A stretch of 64,000 nucleotides of DNA from a virus. Lineage: Duplodnaviria > Caudoviricetes. Under the pieces are notes generated by a model, which was not told the DNA's origin, searched no databases, and saw only the letters and a program-made list of their open reading frames with translations. Positions 60,994 to 64,000 of this stretch are shown here, one piece after another. A program made the position numbers and the translations under genes. Numbering within the stretch: position 1 is the stretch's first letter; the number at the start of each line of letters is the position of its first letter. Where the stretch lies: IMG/VR virus record IMGVR_UViG_3300031867_000018, positions 1 to 64,000 of that record; one strand, given 5' to 3'.

Positions 60994-61760
60994 TGTTACC
61001 TCCTACTTGTATATTCTCTATTCTTTCTTTGGCTATGTTGAAATAATGCTCGTCCAATTCGATACCGATGAAACGGCGGTTGAGCTTTTTGGCAGCTACA
61101 CCTGTACTGCCAGCCCCCCATATAATTATCAAGAACGATATTATTTTCTTTTGTATAGGTCTTGATTAAATATTCAAGTAATGACATAGGCTTTTCTGTC
61201 GGATGTAGTTTCTTTGCGGGTGTGCTGAATTGTAAAATAGATATAGGCATCTTATCTTCATATAATTTATAGTTGTTAGCTGTTTTGTATGTATGTAATA
61301 AGTTATTACTGCCATATATTTTCACATTTGCCTTGCGTGGAGTTTCTCTTTTCTCTTTGATTGGAAAATAATTTATTTTTACGCCGTTTTTTGTATAACA
61401 GGCTTTAGCTTTGCTGAACACCATTATATTTTCTTGAACTCTACCCGGCTGATAATTCATTAACTGAAAATTGCTTGGTTTTTGTTTTTGCCATACCCAA
61501 TCATACCTATACATTTCAAGGTTTGATGTTCTTAGTAAACTGCTGAATGGTTCTTGCCCGAAAAGTACGATACACGCATTATCTTTTATAATACGTTTGT
61601 ACTGATTCCACAATTGGTCAAAAGATATATTGCAATCCCACTTGCAAGCAGTTATTCCGTAAGGCGGATCGCATAGCACCAAATCAATCGACTTATCAGG
61701 TATCTTCTTCATCAGTTCAAGGCAATCGCCTTGCCATAATTCAATATTATTAATAAACAA
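60981..61760 (-). pseudogene. N4/N6 DNA methyltransferase (beta class), frameshifted in a G6 run near 61115
   Basis: DPPY, HPTEKP; removing one G restores MGAGSTGVA...FIGIELD. Confidence 0.8.
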
Positions 61761-61811
61761 CGCCTCTCAATAATTTGTTATCAACACCTCAACATCTTTG
61801 CTGCGGTCTAT

Positions 61812-62627
61812 TTATTCTTCATTCTGTATCAACATCTTTTCGCTTGCTTGTTTGTAAAATTCCTTTGACACTTCAAATCCATAACAATCTCTACCTAATT
61901 CCTGACAAGCTCTCAATGTTGTACCTGAACCTGCTACGGGGTCAATTACAACATCTCCTTCGTCTGTAAAAATTTCAATCAGTTTCTTTAAAGTATTGAC
62001 AGGTTTCTGTGCAGGATGTATCTTTGGAATATCTTTGCCGTCTTTCTCCCAATTAAACCAGTTAAAAATCATTTTACCTGTACCTCTAATCGTTTTACCG
62101 TTTTCATCGGTCTGCGCACCGTTTCTGAATTTCGGCAGCTTATCACGGTACAGAATCAAAGCGTATTCTGTTGCTCCTACGACACGCATATTTGCTTTAA
62201 GCACCTGTGGACTGTAGTTTTTGATAAACACAAGTGGGATATTATGTTTAAATCCGTGTTTTTCGGCATATTTAATTACCATTGGCATTTGCTCAAAGGA
62301 ACAAAAAACTATCATACACGGTGCGTCACTGCTTCGACCTCTCGCACCTGCTTTTTTTGGTTCTTTCTTTAAAAGCCTGTTGCAGAAATGGAAGTATTCA
62401 GCGATATTGAAGTTAAAATCGGTGTTAAATGCTGCTTTGCCTGCTAATTTACTTTCACCATTCTTATTGTCTCCGCCGTTATACCACATAGGGTTACTGC
62501 CATAGAAGTTAGTTCCGACATTATAGGGAATGTCGGCGATTACAAGCTGCGCTCTTGGAATACCATATCTTTTGTAGTTCTGAAAATTATCGTTATAAAG
62601 TTTACATTTTGACATTTTGTTTTTCAC
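61812..62627 (-). CDS. N4/N6 DNA methyltransferase (beta class)
   Basis: ADIPY, HPAQKP, DPVAGSGT. Confidence 0.9.
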   Translation of the reverse strand: MKNKMSKCKLYNDNFQNYKRYGIPRAQLVIADIPYNVGTNFYGSNPMWYNGGDNKNGESKLAGKAAFNTDFNFNIAEYFHFCNRLLKKEPKKAGARGRSSDAPCMIVFCSFEQMPMVIKYAEKHGFKHNIPLVFIKNYSPQVLKANMRVVGATEYALILYRDKLPKFRNGAQTDENGKTIRGTGKMIFNWFNWEKDGKDIPKIHPAQKPVNTLKKLIEIFTDEGDVVIDPVAGSGTTLRACQELGRDCYGFEVSKEFYKQASEKMLIQNEE

Positions 62628-62821
62628 TAGAAAGGCAGAAATTTCTCTTAGGTCGCGACACCTTTGTCCTTTCTTTAGAATTTATAAAATGAGATTTCTA
62701 TTCGGTCAATTATCAAACCGGAATTCTTTTGCAAATATCTCCAGTTGTTTCGTCAGGAAGTTTGGGTATTAACTTAATTTTGCCTGTATAAGAAACTATC
62801 TCACTCATTTTATGTACTCCT

Positions 62822-63577
62822 TTACTTTAAATTTGGGAATTGTGATTTCAACACATCTATAATATGAAATTGCTGAATTTTTCTCATAGCAATACAATTC
62901 AAATAACCTCGCCAATCAAAATTTGATAAATATTCTATTATTTCAGACTTCATATCTTCGTTATGTATCTTAATTTTATATTCTGCGGAATAATTCTCTC
63001 CGTCTTTTAATATCTTTCCTGCTGTTCCGTCACCCCAGTGACACATACGAATATCAAACTCTTTGTCAGCATATCCTTTACTATCTTGCCGATATATAGA
63101 TATGTCTTTGAGTTTTGCGGTTGGTTTCTTGTTTAATTCTCCCTGTACAGGTCTTCGATAAATATTAAAGCAACAATGTAATTCTCTGTCGGTGTAGGTA
63201 TGCTTGTCCAAATCTTCGCTATAAATCAAGTCAAACTCATACATTGAATGAGTATTGTTTAGTTGACTGATAGGAAGTATAAAAGCTATATAAATTGAAA
63301 ACGGCGGGTTTGTTACAATAATATCCCATTTGTCTGGCTGGTATGTAAAGAAATCTTGCCCTTCCTCTATACAACTTCTGACTACTTGATACCCCCCCAT
63401 TTTTAAACTGCGGTAAAAAGCCGACCACTCTGCATCACAAGGGCTCCAAATTATCTTGTCTTTTGGCAAATATTTTAAAATTGGTTCTACCGCATAATAT
63501 GGAGTGTACGATTCATCGGCTTTTGCAGATTTATCGCTGGTTAAATAGCCTATATTTAATGCCAATTTATCACTCAC
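62822..63577 (-). CDS. Adenine methyltransferase-like protein, possibly chimeric
   Basis: YTP, QDFF, TNPPFS. Confidence 0.65.
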   Translation of the reverse strand: MSDKLALNIGYLTSDKSAKADESYTPYYAVEPILKYLPKDKIIWSPCDAEWSAFYRSLKMGGYQVVRSCIEEGQDFFTYQPDKWDIIVTNPPFSIYIAFILPISQLNNTHSMYEFDLIYSEDLDKHTYTDRELHCCFNIYRRPVQGELNKKPTAKLKDISIYRQDSKGYADKEFDIRMCHWGDGTAGKILKDGENYSAEYKIKIHNEDMKSEIIEYLSNFDWRGYLNCIAMRKIQQFHIIDVLKSQFPNLK

Positions 63578-63594
63578 CTTACTTTTATCAGCAT

Positions 63595-64000
63595 TTATGA
63601 TATATGTTTATATTCTTCCTTTGTTTCAAAATCAGAATATTTCAAATCAAAATACTGCACTGCTAATTCTGGCATATCATTTTCGATCTGATTTACATAT
63701 CGTAAATAAGCACATTCTTTAATCGTTCTCTGCTGTAATACATCCACAAATTGTCTTAATGACTTTTTCTTAAAGAAACTCGGACTATTACACCAATTTG
63801 CCAAAAGAATATACATACCTCGATATGGTGATTCTTCATACCTGTTAAATCTCATTATGTACGGCAAACACTGATACTTCATAAGAAGCGCAATTCTTTT
63901 AAATAAATCCCACAAATCTTGTCTCCAAAAATCTAAGTCCCATTTATCGCTTCTATCAAAGCCACAAAACGTATAAAATTTAGGAACTTTATTGGTATAT
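63595..64000 (-). CDS. C-terminal part of a protein running off the window (radical-SAM-like)
   Basis: Frame open to the window end: FYTFCGFD...RIALLMKYQCLPYIMRF...LANWCN. Confidence 0.5.
   Translation of the reverse strand, partial: YTNKVPKFYTFCGFDRSDKWDLDFWRQDLWDLFKRIALLMKYQCLPYIMRFNRYEESPYRGMYILLANWCNSPSFFKKKSLRQFVDVLQQRTIKECAYLRYVNQIENDMPELAVQYFDLKYSDFETKEEYKHIS

Noticed and set aside
1-64000. tRNA or rRNA genes
   Set aside because: None recognised by eye; a tRNAscan-SE run would be needed to exclude them.

Overview
AT-rich 64 kb segment of a large temperate tailed phage of a Firmicutes (probably clostridial) host, organised like SPbeta. Bases 1-1.9 kb are non-coding: a perfect 68-bp tandem repeat, an AT-rich tract and hairpins. 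The + strand (2-49 kb) carries an SF2 helicase-like gene, a YonO-type single-subunit RNA polymerase split by two group I introns (HNH and LAGLIDADG endonucleases), PIN-PhoH, ClpP, a phosphoesterase, HU, fibre-like proteins, a papain-like peptidase, an amidase endolysin, terminase, portal, protease/scaffold, capsid, head-tail and tail genes, holin-like genes, RecU, a frameshifted IS200/IS605 tnpB element, a 2435-aa tape measure and tail-tip genes. An attP-like site at about 49.2-49.5 kb separates this from the - strand arm: tyrosine integrase/xis, dUTPase, an nrdH-nrdD(group I intron)-nrdG-ferredoxin:disulfide reductase operon, 5'-nucleotidase, guanylate kinase, a free-standing endonuclease, an HPr-like protein, ThyX and three DNA methyltransferases. 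The most striking observation is that the phage RNA polymerase can only be made after two related self-splicing introns are removed, one of them splitting the codon immediately before the catalytic DxDGD motif. All calls come from motif reading and gene order; no database searches were run.
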